A DNA stretch of 62,955 nt, filler included, from Squatina squatina (lineage: Eukaryota): NCBI GenBank assembly GCA_031763465.1. It is 4 parts of 3 records of this genome, joined end to end, with 100 filler letters (N's around TTAATTAATTAA, not from the genome) between each part and the next. Parts side by side here need not be neighbours in the genome. Positions count along the whole stretch, not along the records: positions 1 to 19,943 come from JARFOE010000001.1; 3 more parts are not named here. One strand, 5' to 3'. Below are positions 1-11,754 of this stretch, piece by piece. A model generated the notes under the pieces. The model was not told the DNA's origin, did not search any database, and saw only the letters and a list, made by a program, of their open reading frames with translations. Every line of letters begins with the position of its first letter. The stretch's first letter is position 1. The translations under genes were made by a program, and so were the position numbers.

Positions 1-812
1 GGACTATGTCACCAGTAAAACAATAAGAACACATTTCTCACTCAAGAGATTCCTTCCTAAAATTTCTTCTTAAAATATCTGGATTGCGGTGAGTGTTCTT
101 CAAGCTTCCCAGAATCTTACGGTTTACTGCGCAGGTTACATTTTCCTGCCGTGGATCGGTTTTGGGTCCGAGAGGTTGATAGTCTGAATCTAAGTAACTA
201 AGAATTTGTCATCTGAGGATGCTCAGCCTGCCTTTGCTATTTTTGTTCTTTCCTTCTTTTCTATCTCAATTTTGTTCTTCCATTTTCTATGTTTCAATAG
301 TTTTTTTTCTCTTCAGTTATCAAAGCAAAACAAACTTTGACTCTTCTGACAGGGCAAAGTTAGTAAGTGATATCAGGTTGTGTATTTTTTGGATTATTGG
401 TAATCAAGATATATGCTGCTGCAGAACATTGCATTTGATCTGAAATGTACTATCAAAGGGAGAAGACAAAGGGTGAGCAGTCATTTAGCACAGGTAGGAA
501 AAGAGAGCCAGTTTCATATACACAGGCCAGTCTCATATTGTGACAAACACAGGTCATTATCATGTACTCCTGGTAGCCAGTGAAGGAAGATCACTGGCAG
601 AGACCTGCTTGTCCACTTATTGGTGAAATGGAACGTGGCACTGGGGAATGGAAGGAAAGTAAGAAGAGGGTAATTGTAGTCACTTTCAAAGATACATACT
701 AAAGACGCGCCAATGTATTTTTAGATTGGTTTCTCTCCATTGAATCTATCACTGCTGCTACATTGATATAACAGAAATCAAGGAGTGTCTGATACTAGTT
801 TTACTTTAACAG

Positions 813-936
813 GATGAAAGGCCGGTGATCATCATGGAAAAATGGAGACTAATAGATCGAAATAATGGAAAAACTGTCAGACTGTCAAAGAGTGTGCTAT
901 ATATTGATGATGTTGAAACTATTGATGTAGGGGATT
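813..936 (+). CDS. PDGFRL: PDGF receptor-like protein, last coding exon (Ig domain), truncated by N gap
   Basis: Acceptor ttttactttaacag, then DERPVIIMEKWRLIDRNNGKTVRLSKSVLYIDDVETIDVGD, matching the recalled PDGFRL C-terminus DERPVTIQDTWRLI...EDFETIDAG. Tail-to-tail with MTUS1 as in other vertebrates. Confidence 0.85.
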
Positions 937-1344
937 NNNNNNNNNNNNNNNNNNNNNNNNNNNNNNNNNNNNNNNNNNNNNNNNNNNNNNNNNNNNNNNN
1001 NNNNNNNNNNNNNNNNNNNNNNNNNNNNNNNNNNNNTGAATGAGAAAAACTCAAATTTGTCAAATATAATCTACATGCCCTGAGTTTTCTTTTAATAGGC
1101 AAAAAGGCAAAAGCAAGAATCTTGCTGTGTAAATTAAGTGCTCTTGTGCAACATTTTCTATATACACTATCATATACAAGTAGAAATAAAAAAAAGAGGA
1201 ACCCAATGCTTTTCCATATTCTTAAACCATATAATAGAACAGTATTTTGTACGTCATGGTCAACATCCAATAGCCCTTGTTCGTCATGATAACAGCCAGT
1301 AGCATAAAAACAGGTAATTTTGAATGGCAATGATTTGGAATGTG

Positions 1345-1561
1345 TCACCTTGGTGATGGTGCAGGGCTAGAGGATGAAGACACTGAATTTCTGGGAGGCT
1401 GAAAGGAGAGAGAGGCAGTTGGTGACAGCTTCTTAGGGCTAAGAACATCTCCATTTTGCAGCTTCCACAGAAGTTCTTCATTTTCCATAGATAAGCGCTT
1501 GTTGACTTTTGATTCTTTCTGCAGCGACTCTTGTAAAACAACCTGTTCAGTAGAGAGTTGC
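1345..1561 (-). CDS. MTUS1: MTUS1/ATIP terminal coding exon with stop
   Basis: Acceptor tctttgcag, then (R)[38 protein letters not shown]...SPR-TGA, nearly identical to the recalled MTUS1 C-terminus. Missed by the ORF track in this frame. Confidence 0.93.
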
Positions 1562-2114
1562 CTGCAAAGATATAGAAATTAGAGTGGGCTTTTTATAAAG
1601 ATGCTGCTGGTCAAGAGGAGAAAAAACACAGGTAAANNNNNNNNNNNNNNNNNNNNNNNNNNNNNNNNNNNNNNNNNNNNNNNNNNNNNNNNNNNNNNNN
1701 NNNNNNNNNNNNNNNNNNNNNNNNNNNNNNNNNNNNCGGTGTAATGTGCATATTTCAAGGGTGATGAACTAGATATGTAGGACAATTATATGGAAGATAA
1801 TGGAAAAATGCATTTTAGTCGTGTATAGTGTGAACTTGCTACCGTTAGCTTGTTATGTAACAGTGGAAATTTCAGATCACTGTTCCAGGAACTGAACCAC
1901 AATATAAACTGCACTTTTATGATTTCTTATCCAAGTTAAATGACTGTTTTGATAAACTGTGTGTTACTTTGCGATCAAGTTTGATAAAAATGGTAACAGA
2001 AGTTTCTTACTTATGTCAAGAATCTGAGCCTACTTTGAACACTGGACAACCCTGTGCTGGATTCTGCCTCCCGCCACCGCCCCCGCCCCCGCCCCCCCGA
2101 CCAAGTCTACTTAC

Positions 2115-2234
2115 CAGCTTTTCCATCTGCATCAACTTTTTTTCTTGATTATGTATCTTCTCATTTTTTATTTCCAGCACTGCCTTTAGACTTTCCAATT
2201 CTTGATTCAGATATTGGCCCAGAGGGTCAATTTT
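2115..2234 (-). CDS. MTUS1: MTUS1 coiled-coil exon
   Basis: AG/GT-bounded 120-nt exon [40 protein letters not shown], carrying the MTUS1 motif [15 protein letters not shown]. Confidence 0.92.
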
Positions 2235-3214
2235 CTAGAAATAAAGAATAAACTTAAACTTGTAGGTTCTCAATGGTGCTATCTTATTTGAGCCAGCATT
2301 GCTTGAGCTGCCTGGTTTTATGTTTAAAAAGTTTTAGTGTTCTAATTGCCTTGTTTTCTTGGGGTTATCTGTTACAATGTATCTGAAGACAAGAAACAGT
2401 ATAGGATAATGTGGAAGGAATTCAGTTCCTTAAAGTAACTGGATAGATACACCAGGCAAAATGGCCTGTAATTAAATTTACATTTGACAGCAAAATAAAA
2501 TGAATTTAACAAAAAAAAGTGTTTCAAAATGCCATTTTAGAAATACGTAACCAAAACACTCGTTTCCATATCCCATTGCTTGCTGTAAACAAACGTCCAG
2601 TAAACACAATGCATATTTGTAGCATTTCCCATTGGGTTTAAATTGAATGTGATTGACTTAATTTACAAAAATTATTCACTTTTGTCTAGGACACCCAGTT
2701 CTGTCTCTCCACTGCTTCTCAGCCCCTCCACTACTTGTGTAGTCAGCTGGCTTTTCTGACAGTCCTGGATAAGCTGCAATTTCCTCCAATTAAACATTAA
2801 GGCAGAAGCCATCACCTTCAGGGGGTGCCCTAAATTCCCTTGCCAACAATTCCATCCCAGACAGTGTGTGTCTTAATTATGACCCCCCATTTCAGCATTC
2901 TCCAAACTACCCAGCCATGCAGCTCTATATTAGTCCTTTGCAGCCTGGGACTGGCTTTTCCAATGTTAAATCTCTCATACACAGTTTCATGCAACTGAAG
3001 AAAATTCAGGGTAACATTGTGCCATCTCCTCTCCAGCACAAACTTAGTCTACTTTCACCACCGTATCACCAGAAGGGGACAGACAATGTACAGAAGCTCC
3101 ACTGCTATTGTATCAGAACTTGGGCAGGTTATCTGAGGTATTGTGCATACTGGGTGAGCGACAGACTGAAGTTCCACAGGAGACTGACTCCTAATTGAGC
3201 TTCTGACCAGATAT

Positions 3215-3752
3215 CCTCAAACACCACCTACTTCGACCTCTAATATCACTAGTCTCCACCCCTGCCTCAGCTCAGCTCCAGACTCATTGCCATGCTCTCC
3301 TGGCTGGCCTCCAAACTGGACCTCATCCAGAACTCTGCTGTGCATATCTGACAAGTCCCACTCACCGATGACCCCATGCCTTGTGACCTACACTGGTTCC
3401 CAGTCGGCCAATTTCATAGCTTTTAAAATTTTCATGGCCTCACCTCTCCCCAACTTCCTCCAGCCCAAGAACTCTGCATTCCTCCAACTCTGGCCTCCTT
3501 TGCACCCCCTATCATTGGCAATAATGCTTTCAGCCATCAATGGCCCAAGCTCTGGATTTCCCTCCCCAAACCTCAGCCTCACCACTTCCCTCCCTCCTTT
3601 GGATCCATCTAAAACCTAATTTTTTGGGCCACATCTCCAAATATCTACTTTGACTTGGATGTCAATTTGTGCATGATTACACTCCAGTGTAGCATCTTGG
3701 GATGTTTTCCTACATGGAAAGCACTATAGAAATGCAAGTTGTCATTGTTGAA
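3215..3752 (+). mobile_element. L2-type LINE 3' fragment (degenerate)
   Basis: Decayed L2-like C-terminal sequence (ctcatccagaactctgctg...cactggttcccagtc), ending in the aaagcactatagaaatgcaagttgt tail shared with other copies in the window. Boundaries approximate. Confidence 0.65.
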
Positions 3753-4505
3753 GGTTCTATTTACTAACTGAATGAGGTAAAATGGATTTTTAGTGCTGTG
3801 ATTTGTTTTGTATGACATTATAGTATTAAAGTCAAATGATCACAAGTAGGATTATTGGATTCATTCTAAATATGGGTCTGAAGAGAATCTAACATCCTGT
3901 ATTCAATGCTTCACTGTTCAGAAATAATGGAGTTAATTTTAACCAAACCTTCCCAGCAGGAAATGGATGATCAACTCTCCAACTCCACCCAATTTATTTT
4001 CTATTGGTCAATGCCATCCAATCAAGTCAATTTCCTGCCATGCAAACATTCCCCTTCTCAAAAGATACAAGCACCTTTCGCCAAATAAAAAAACCTAAAA
4101 ACCTAAGTTCTAAAAACAGCACACCAACTCTTTGTTCAGCAGTGTTCATACAGAACACTTGGATAATTGGAGTGGAACAGATTCCTCCTTTGACAATTTA
4201 TCAAGTCTTGCATGCTAANNNNNNNNNNNNNNNNNNNNNNNNNNNNNNNNNNNNNNNNNNNNNNNNNNNNNNNNNNNNNNNNNNNNNNNNNNNNNNNNNN
4301 NNNNNNNNNNNNNNNNNNAATCAAACTGTTCCCCAATTTAAATATATTTGCTTTAAATCAATAGCATAAAACTGTCAACTACAATATGCATTAAAATCAG
4401 TCCACTTAAGAGGTCAATGGGAATTAATCACAATTTATTTGATAACATGCCTCAAAGAAAACCCGCTCGTCACAACAGTGCATTTTTCTACCTGAAGAAT
4501 ATAAT

Positions 4506-5254
4506 GCGAGCGAACTTGCTGGAGCAATGAATCCCACAGCGCATGCTGTTAATTAGTCAGTTCCCTCCAGCTTAAAATATTTTTGTGCCCTCACTTGCTG
4601 GATGTGCAAGCTTACAACAGCATGGCAAGGGCAACAGGGCATCTGGGACCTTAGTCCATGGCGGGACCAATAACTTATCTCCTTAAGCAATGAGATTTAA
4701 GGATTGAGAAATAAATAAACAAACAAACAAACAAACAAAGAGGAATGGCAGAGCAGTGTTAGAGTAGATGAATTAGAATCAAATCAGGTACTGAAGGAGA
4801 AATAAAGACAGGGAAATAAAAATTGGATTGAGAGAGGGAGAAAGAGCAACTGAAAGATAAAGTTTAAAATGACATTTTTTAAATTTCCAACAATTTACGA
4901 CCTGAAGGAATGATATGCCATAGTTTAAATTGTTCACTTTCTGGGCCAGAGAGGTTGATTGGCAGTCATTAACAATTATCACATCATTAAAAGCGTATCT
5001 GCACTAGCAATTACTAGACTTCACTTTCTGTTGCGAGTTTAATGGGCAATTTATGCGCAAATACAGCAAGTTTTTAAAAATAGCAGAGAGACTAAGGCCA
5101 AGATGCTACTTGTGTGAAGCAAATGGTGGAGTGGCGTAAAGCAGCCGGCAACTCACTGTGCATCTCTTAATTGACTGAACCGGCTAGCCGATATGCACAT
5201 TAATAACGCAGTGCGTAATTCATACGACATTATTTTTTCAGCAAGTTCTGGCCC
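4506..5254. mobile_element. Probable non-autonomous DNA transposon with short TIRs (Harbinger-like terminus)
   Basis: gaacttgctg near 4512 is the reverse complement of cagcaagttc(tggccc) at about 5239-5254. No coding capacity. Confidence 0.4.
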
Positions 5255-6226
5255 AATGTCTTCTATGACATATACACATACATCAAACAGGAGAAATTGG
5301 AATATCATTCTAAGTGTTCCAACAAAAAAATTAGTTACATCAGTTCACACAGGCCATTAATATAAACTAAGTCTATATTATGCCTACTTGAAGGGAAAAT
5401 ACCTTTAGTACAAAAATCAGTAACTACATATTCCACCACATACTGAAAATTGAGGCATTGCACAAAAGAAATTCCACAAATTAAAAAAAACTTCATTTAA
5501 AAAGAAGTTAGCCCAAAGAAGCAATTAGTTCATTTGTTTTTAAAGGATACCTTTGACAATCCCTTTGTGCTGCTTTAAATAAAACTCAGATGCATCCTCA
5601 ATGCCACCAATTAAGTTTTTCTATTTGCCACACTACCCTGGCACCAAATGATTGCTCATTCAACTGTGAGTGCATTTCTGCTTCAGATTCACACCCATTA
5701 TGAACATGGCTGAAATGAACTATGCATTTCATTTCAATTCCATACAACGAACTAATGGAAGAATTATTTAATTCTGGGTTGGATGTGAACACATTCTGCC
5801 AGACATAGAATAGGTGATGTTCTAAATCACTGCATTATCAAGTCCTCAATTGTTTCAATATTTAAATAAACTTTAGAGCAAAAAATGTATTTATAATGTT
5901 CAGCATTAAATGAATTTTAAATGTAAATAACTGAAGGAACTCATCTGGATTTAAACTCCGATGAATGGGGAGGGGGGAGAACGACACATTTTCCCAAGGC
6001 GGTTCCTGGTACAACAAATGCTTGGAATTCCATGAACTTAGGTCACACTGCCAGCCTCCAGGGAAGTTTAAAGCAGAAGTATTTTAACAGTTATCATGGA
6101 AGAGTCAGCTGCAGAAATATTACTAAACATTTCCGAGTGCGACAGATCACATCATGTATGTTCTTTTTGGAAAGAACTTTGAACCACAAAACTTAGGATA
6201 CACAGCCCCATTGTTAGACTTCTTAC

Positions 6227-6293
6227 CTAGTTCACTATGTAGAGTAAGCAGCTCCTGAGACAACTCCTTGTGTTGTTTGCCTACTTCCTCCCG
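6227..6293 (-). CDS. MTUS1: MTUS1 small coiled-coil exon
   Basis: Acceptor ttcttcacag, then REEVGKQHKELSQELLTLHSEL(V) and donor gtaag. Matches recalled [23 protein letters not shown]. Confidence 0.88.
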
Positions 6294-8065
6294 CTGTGAA
6301 GAAAAATATTTTGTTACTAGGGAAATATCCTTAGTGGAACAAAACTTTAAACTACAAACTTTAAACAGTTAACTTAATAAGTAGTTTTCAAAATTGTTGA
6401 AATTTAAAATTTTTTTTTTGAATCACTAGTGCACTGAAATTAATACAAAAACCCATAATAGATCATAGCAGAATTTGAAGATGCATCAATTGATTTTGCA
6501 TTAAAAGGTATGTGATGTGATGAGGAAAGGAACATAAATTGCCATGTATGCCTTCCAGATAAAGCCTCACAAACCAAGACAACTTTATCTTCATTAAAAA
6601 CAAAACTCCAGTATCCAGTGTTTTTTGTTTAGTATTTCCATGAAGTCTTGACTGCTACAAGTTAGAGAGCTGACTAAACACAGCTGACGACAGCTTTAAC
6701 CTGCTTAAGGTTTTCTAATGAGCAGAGAACTTTGCACACCTACTTGGGATCAGCATATCCATCAGATTGCACGAATGGCCATTCCAAAAAATTACTTTGT
6801 ATTTTAACCAAAGACTTGAATTAATTCTTAGTTCACAGTCCTTGCTGGATTTTGTTAAATTTAATTTAATTACAATATCCTACAAGAATGGCTCTAACGC
6901 GGTTTTGAAACATCTTTTTGCTGTTCAACTTACAATATTGGAAGATAAAATATAAACCAACACGTATGCAATTACAAATAAAAATCTACAACAAAACATG
7001 CAGACCTTGCATCGGCTTCAGTATCTTAGGCAGATAAAATTAAGGGAAGTCTGATTCACCAGAAATCAATAATTCTCAGGAAATTGAACTCGAGCTTTCT
7101 AATCTCTAAAGCAGTCAGGATGTGGCTAGAAAATGCGATAGGATGTTCTGAGCTCTCCTGATTAATAATCTGACTCCCCAATGCACCAGAATTATTCAGC
7201 TATTATGTAGCAAATAGGAAGGGAAACAATATACAGTGAGGAACAGCTGGAAATAAAAGAATTGGTTGAAACTACTTGCATCAGTTACCAAACCCTCACA
7301 TTGCCAGTCAGCAAATCACAAAAGGATGTATCAGTTACCCTCTTTCCAGCACAAGGACCGTAGAGGCACATTTTGCTGCTGCTGCAGCCCATTCTCCCTT
7401 TTTCTGGTTGTTTGTGTGTATTGTGTGAAGCACAGGTGGCCACACCACAACCCAAACTGGTCTTTCTACATTTAAAATACTTGTAGGAAAAGATTCATTA
7501 GGCCTTGCCTTCCAAGCTAACTTTCAGAGCAGGATGTGTACCATATTTCCTGCAGTACTCTGCCCTGAAGAAAAAAAAAACAGCTGCATTCATAAGTGAA
7601 GCAGTGGGAGTCACTCATTACAGGAGGCACAGCCCTATGCGTCTGCAAACTGGAGACGAGAGAAGTGGGGGGTGGGTAGAGCTGATCAATGTTAATTTAC
7701 TCAAATGTCAGCAGCTAAAGCGGAGCACTGGAACGCTCATTGATCTTCCAACTAATACAGTAATGGAAAAGCTCTATTTTTATATCCCAGCTTAATATGT
7801 AATGCAAATCAAGCACCTCCAACAGGGAGGTCAGGCCAGGCCAGCTGGAAAACAAAACGTACTGCTAAAATCTCCCAAATCAGTTTCATATTCGAACACA
7901 AGCTACTTATATTTCCAATTCAACTCATCCTAATTCAGAAACCAGTATCAGTAAAAATGACCATGNNNNNNNNNNNNNNNNNNNNNNNNNNNNNNNNNNN
8001 NNNNNNNNNNNNNNNNNNNNNNNNNNNNNNNNNNNNNNNNNNNNNNNNNNNNNNNNNNNNNNNNN

Positions 8066-8575
8066 GTATGACTAGTCTGTGAGACAGCTCTCCCAAATTT
8101 GACATAACTACCCAGATGTTGGCAAGGAGGACTTTGCAGGGTCGACTGGGTTGGGTGTGCCGTTGTCAAGTCCGTAACCGGTGCAGAGGTCAATACCGGG
8201 TGATCCGTCCAGTTTGATTCTTTTGACTTTTTGTAGCGATTGTTTACAACTGAGTGGCTTGCTAGGCCATTTCAGAGGACAGATAAGAGTCAGCCACATT
8301 GCTGTGAGTCTGGAGTCACATACAGGACAGACCAGGTAAGGATGGCAGATTCTACTCCCTAAAAGGACATTAGTGAACTAGATGGGTTTTTACGACAATC
8401 CGATAGTTTCACAGTCACGATTACTGACCCTAGCTTTTTGTATTCCAGATTATTTAATTAATTGAATTTAAATTCCACAGCTGCCATGGTGGGATTTGAA
8501 CTACATCTCTGGATCAATAGTCCAAGCCTCTGGATTACTAGTCCCGCAACTTCACCACTACACTACCAAGTCCCC
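8066..8575 (-). mobile_element. Non-LTR retroelement 5' region: tRNA-like head followed by the start of an APE-endonuclease-like frame
   Basis: The minus strand starts with A-box-like TAGTGTAGTGG and B-box GTTCAAATCC (8492-8501). Further along it reads PSRPCKVLLANIWVVMSNLGELSHRLV, resembling the first strand/helix of LINE APE domains. Confidence 0.55.
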
Positions 8576-9290
8576 ATGCCTCTTGTGCTTCCCCGACTTT
8601 AATTGCACTGCCATGCTTTCAGCTGTCTAGGCCCCAAGCTCAGGAATTTCCTCCTGAAACCTCTCCCCCTTACAAGGTGTCTTACTACATTAAAAGGTGC
8701 AATATAAATGCAAGTTGTTGTTGTGTATTTGATACCATAGCAAAATTTAAAGCTCATGGAATTGAAGGTAACCTTGTGACATGGGTCAACATTCGACTGG
8801 GAGGAAAGAAATGCAAAAGAGCGTTACAAGGATCATGGTCATATCCTGCCAGTAAGGCAAGTGGTGTTCCTCAGGATTTTGTACTGAGGCCTCAGCTTTT
8901 CACTTTATAAATTAATGATTTGCATGAAGGAAGAGAGTTTTATATCCGAGTTTGCAGAAGTTAGAAAAAGAAAAGGCTNNNNNNNNNNACCTCAGAATAT
9001 CTAAAAGCACTTTGCAATCAATGAAGTACTTTTGAAATGTAGTCACTGTTGTAATGTAGGAGAGTTGTGCAGGTGGGAGCAGGAAGTTACAAAGGCACAG
9101 TCAGACTAAGCAAGTGGGCAAAACTATAGTAGATGGAGTTCAACACTGGAAAAATGCAAGATTTGGTTTTGGATCAGAGACAGACAATATTTTCTTAATG
9201 CTGTGAGACTAGAAACTGTGGGAGGAATGAAGGGATGTGGGTATCCATGTGCACAAATCACAAAGCTAATGTAGAAGTTAATACTGTGCA
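8576..9290 (+). mobile_element. Nested L2 3' end, CR1 RT fragments and an inverted SINE tail
   Basis: L2 tail aaaggtgcaatataaatgcaagttgttg; CR1 RT motifs KFKAHGIEG...SGVPQDFVLRPQLFT and gtgggca...gatggagttcaac; inverted Deu-type tail at about 8990-9060. Confidence 0.65.
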
Positions 9291-9477
9291 GCATAAATTG
9301 AGGTGTCAAGGCCAAAACTGAATTTTCAGCAAATCCCTTATTCCAAGTTGGGCTACATTTATACACAAACTGCAGCATCTGTTCCACACAAAACTGCTTG
9401 CGCCAATGCTGGTGACTGCAGTCTCCTTCCCTTCTTTGCTTCCCCCACCACCCAACATCGGCCTATAGTTTTTTCTC

Positions 9478-9830
9478 CCGTGTCAGCCGTGGCTCAGTGG
9501 TAGCAGTCTCACCCGAGTCAGAAGGTCGTGGATTCAAGTTCCACTCCGACATGAGCAGCTAAGCACAGGCTGACATTTCAGAGCAATACTATCAGAGGTG
9601 CCATCTTTGAGATCAGAGGTTGAACTGTCTACCCCCTCAGGTGGACATAGAAAAAATGTTGTGGTACTAATTGAGGAAGAGCAAGCGAGTTCTCCAGGTG
9701 CCCTGGCCAATATTTATCCTTCACACAACATTCATTAAAACAGATTGTCTGGTCATGTGTCTCATTGCTGTTTGCAGGATCATGCTCTGTGCAAATTGGC
9801 TGCCACATTACAACAGTGACTACACTTCTC
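9478..9830 (+). mobile_element. tRNA-derived DeuSINE (SacSINE1/AmnSINE1-like)
   Basis: Head gtggctcagtggtagc...ttcaagttcc, Deu core tcattgctgtttgcaggatc...gtgcaaattggctgcc...acaacagtgactacacttc. Several homologous copies in the window. Confidence 0.8.
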
Positions 9831-9985
9831 ACACATCTAGTTCATGTGGTGGCAACTCAATCTTACTCCATCTTCACCCTCCATCCCATCCAAACAAAAC
9901 ATCTTTGGAATGAAGCACAGAACTGTCTTGAAAAGACCAACAAGTCTAGCCACTGAATCAATCAAAAAGTTAAAAAGTCAGTTAC

Positions 9986-10081
9986 CTTTCAACTTGTGTG
10001 AAGTGCTCAGTTGTCTTGCAGACCTTGAAGATGATCCAGTAAGGATTTGACTTGGCGGAGTGGTAACATTTCTGTACACTT
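9986..10081 (-). CDS. MTUS1: Candidate MTUS1 internal exon (phase 1-1, 96 nt)
   Basis: AG...GT-bounded open frame VYRNVTTPPSQILTGSSSRSARQLSTSHKLK in phase with neighbouring exons. The acceptor is weak and I recognise no homology. Confidence 0.4.
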
Positions 10082-11616
10082 CTGTTTTGTTTTTAAAAAG
10101 TTAAAATTTGCAAATATTAGTTGGAATTGTTTTTCCAAAATCCGACAACACTGCATTTAAAAAATAAAAATCAGTAACAAATCAGAAATCCTCTAACACC
10201 ATATTAGAGACACCTTTACATTTTATAGATAATACATATTTAAAGTTGTTGAAGTGACCAGTAATAACGATGTGTGACCAGAGAGCCTTTGGTATTCTCA
10301 TTAGTTCACTGCAAGTATACAGTGGACACTCCAAGCAGGAAACTCAAACAAAATTGGGGACAATTCTTTAGTCATGTTTTGGTAAAGAAACACTTGAAAT
10401 TTGAAGGTACAGATTGATCCTTTCAGGCTGCAGTCACACTGCTTTGAGGCAATAAAAGAAAAAGCTGTGTACCAACTGGATAATGGAAGGAGCAGTTCAA
10501 GACCCCACTCCCCCACCAAGGAAGAGTCTCATATATATCTTGGGTTTTGACATGGCATGGAGTACAAGTCTAGTGCTATGAATCTGGGCTTGCAAATACT
10601 TAGTGTCCCTGCATTCAAAACAGTTAAAATTTAACAGCCAAGAGCAGAGCATGTGGAGAACTTACTCCTGGATCAGACAGCCCAAATTACAGCCAGATAG
10701 CATAAATGAGGTATTGTTGACTGTGAATGCATATTATGGGTACCAATGAGATCATTGGCACCCACACTATTACAATATAACTGACCCTTCAATGATTAAC
10801 AGACTTTCTTTAATACAAGTTTGATTTTGTGCAACTATTAAACCAAGTTAGATTAAACAGAGACATACTGTTAAGTCATAACCCATAAACTAAATCCAGC
10901 CCACCATATCTCACCCAAACTGCAGTTTCTGCTTTCCTTTGTGTGCATTATCAACCTGTCTTAGCTCTTCAAGCCTCAGGCCACAAGGATTAGAAAACAC
11001 TGCTCCCTGGTGGATTTAGGCCAGGGAGGAGAAGGAAGTGCCTTTTAAAAAAAAATACCAAATCAAGAATCAGGTTTCATCATTCCTTCAGGCCTGGGAT
11101 GTTGCAGGTGTTGGCAGAAAGTTTGAATTTGTGCGCAAGACAAACTTTTTCTTCCCTCTATTACAAAACAATTGGATTAACCTCACTGTCCACGTTCGTA
11201 CCAAACAAGTCAACCAAGGAAAGACCCGGCTTCGATGCCTGGTCTGTGATTTATGTTCAATTACTCACAAGCCAAGTCACCTGCTGAGCTCCTGTTTTGC
11301 AAATTGTCAGATGATGGTCAAATAAAACTGTCTCCGAGAATAATAAGTCATTATAAGCTGATTAGGATTATTCCAGAATCTTTCCAGTAACAAAGCTAAT
11401 AATAAGTGCACTAATGTCACTTCAACACAAATGCACCCCCAGGAAAGCCAAAACTGCTAAAGTATCGTGAGCTGCTCACCACTTGGTAGCTTAAAAAACA
11501 GATTTGTTTTATTCAGAAATTTTATTCGGACATATATCGCACACAGTAAATTTGTAGTCCTAGCAAAAAAAAATTTTTTAAATAAAACTTGACAATGTCT
11601 CAAATGGAACATCTAC

Positions 11617-11754
11617 CTCTGCATGGGGTCTTCGCAGATACAGACTTATTTTTCGTCACTGATTTTGTGAACTGCTTTCGAATACTGCTAGTGCATGCAG
11701 AGAGCACACATTTCCTAGGACCATCGCCTCCTCGATTAGTTGAAGCAACTGTAG
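11617..11754 (-). CDS. MTUS1: MTUS1 internal exon (phase 1-1, 138 nt)
   Basis: Acceptor ttttttttacag, TVASTNRGGDGPRK...SAKTPCR, GT donor. Length and the terminal KTP match the recalled exon that follows the ATIP4 first exon. Confidence 0.65.

Noticed and set aside
9485-9550. tRNA gene (also the heads at about 8500-8570 and 57850-57910)
   Set aside because: A/B boxes are present but no complete cloverleaf is evident, and they continue into retroelement bodies.
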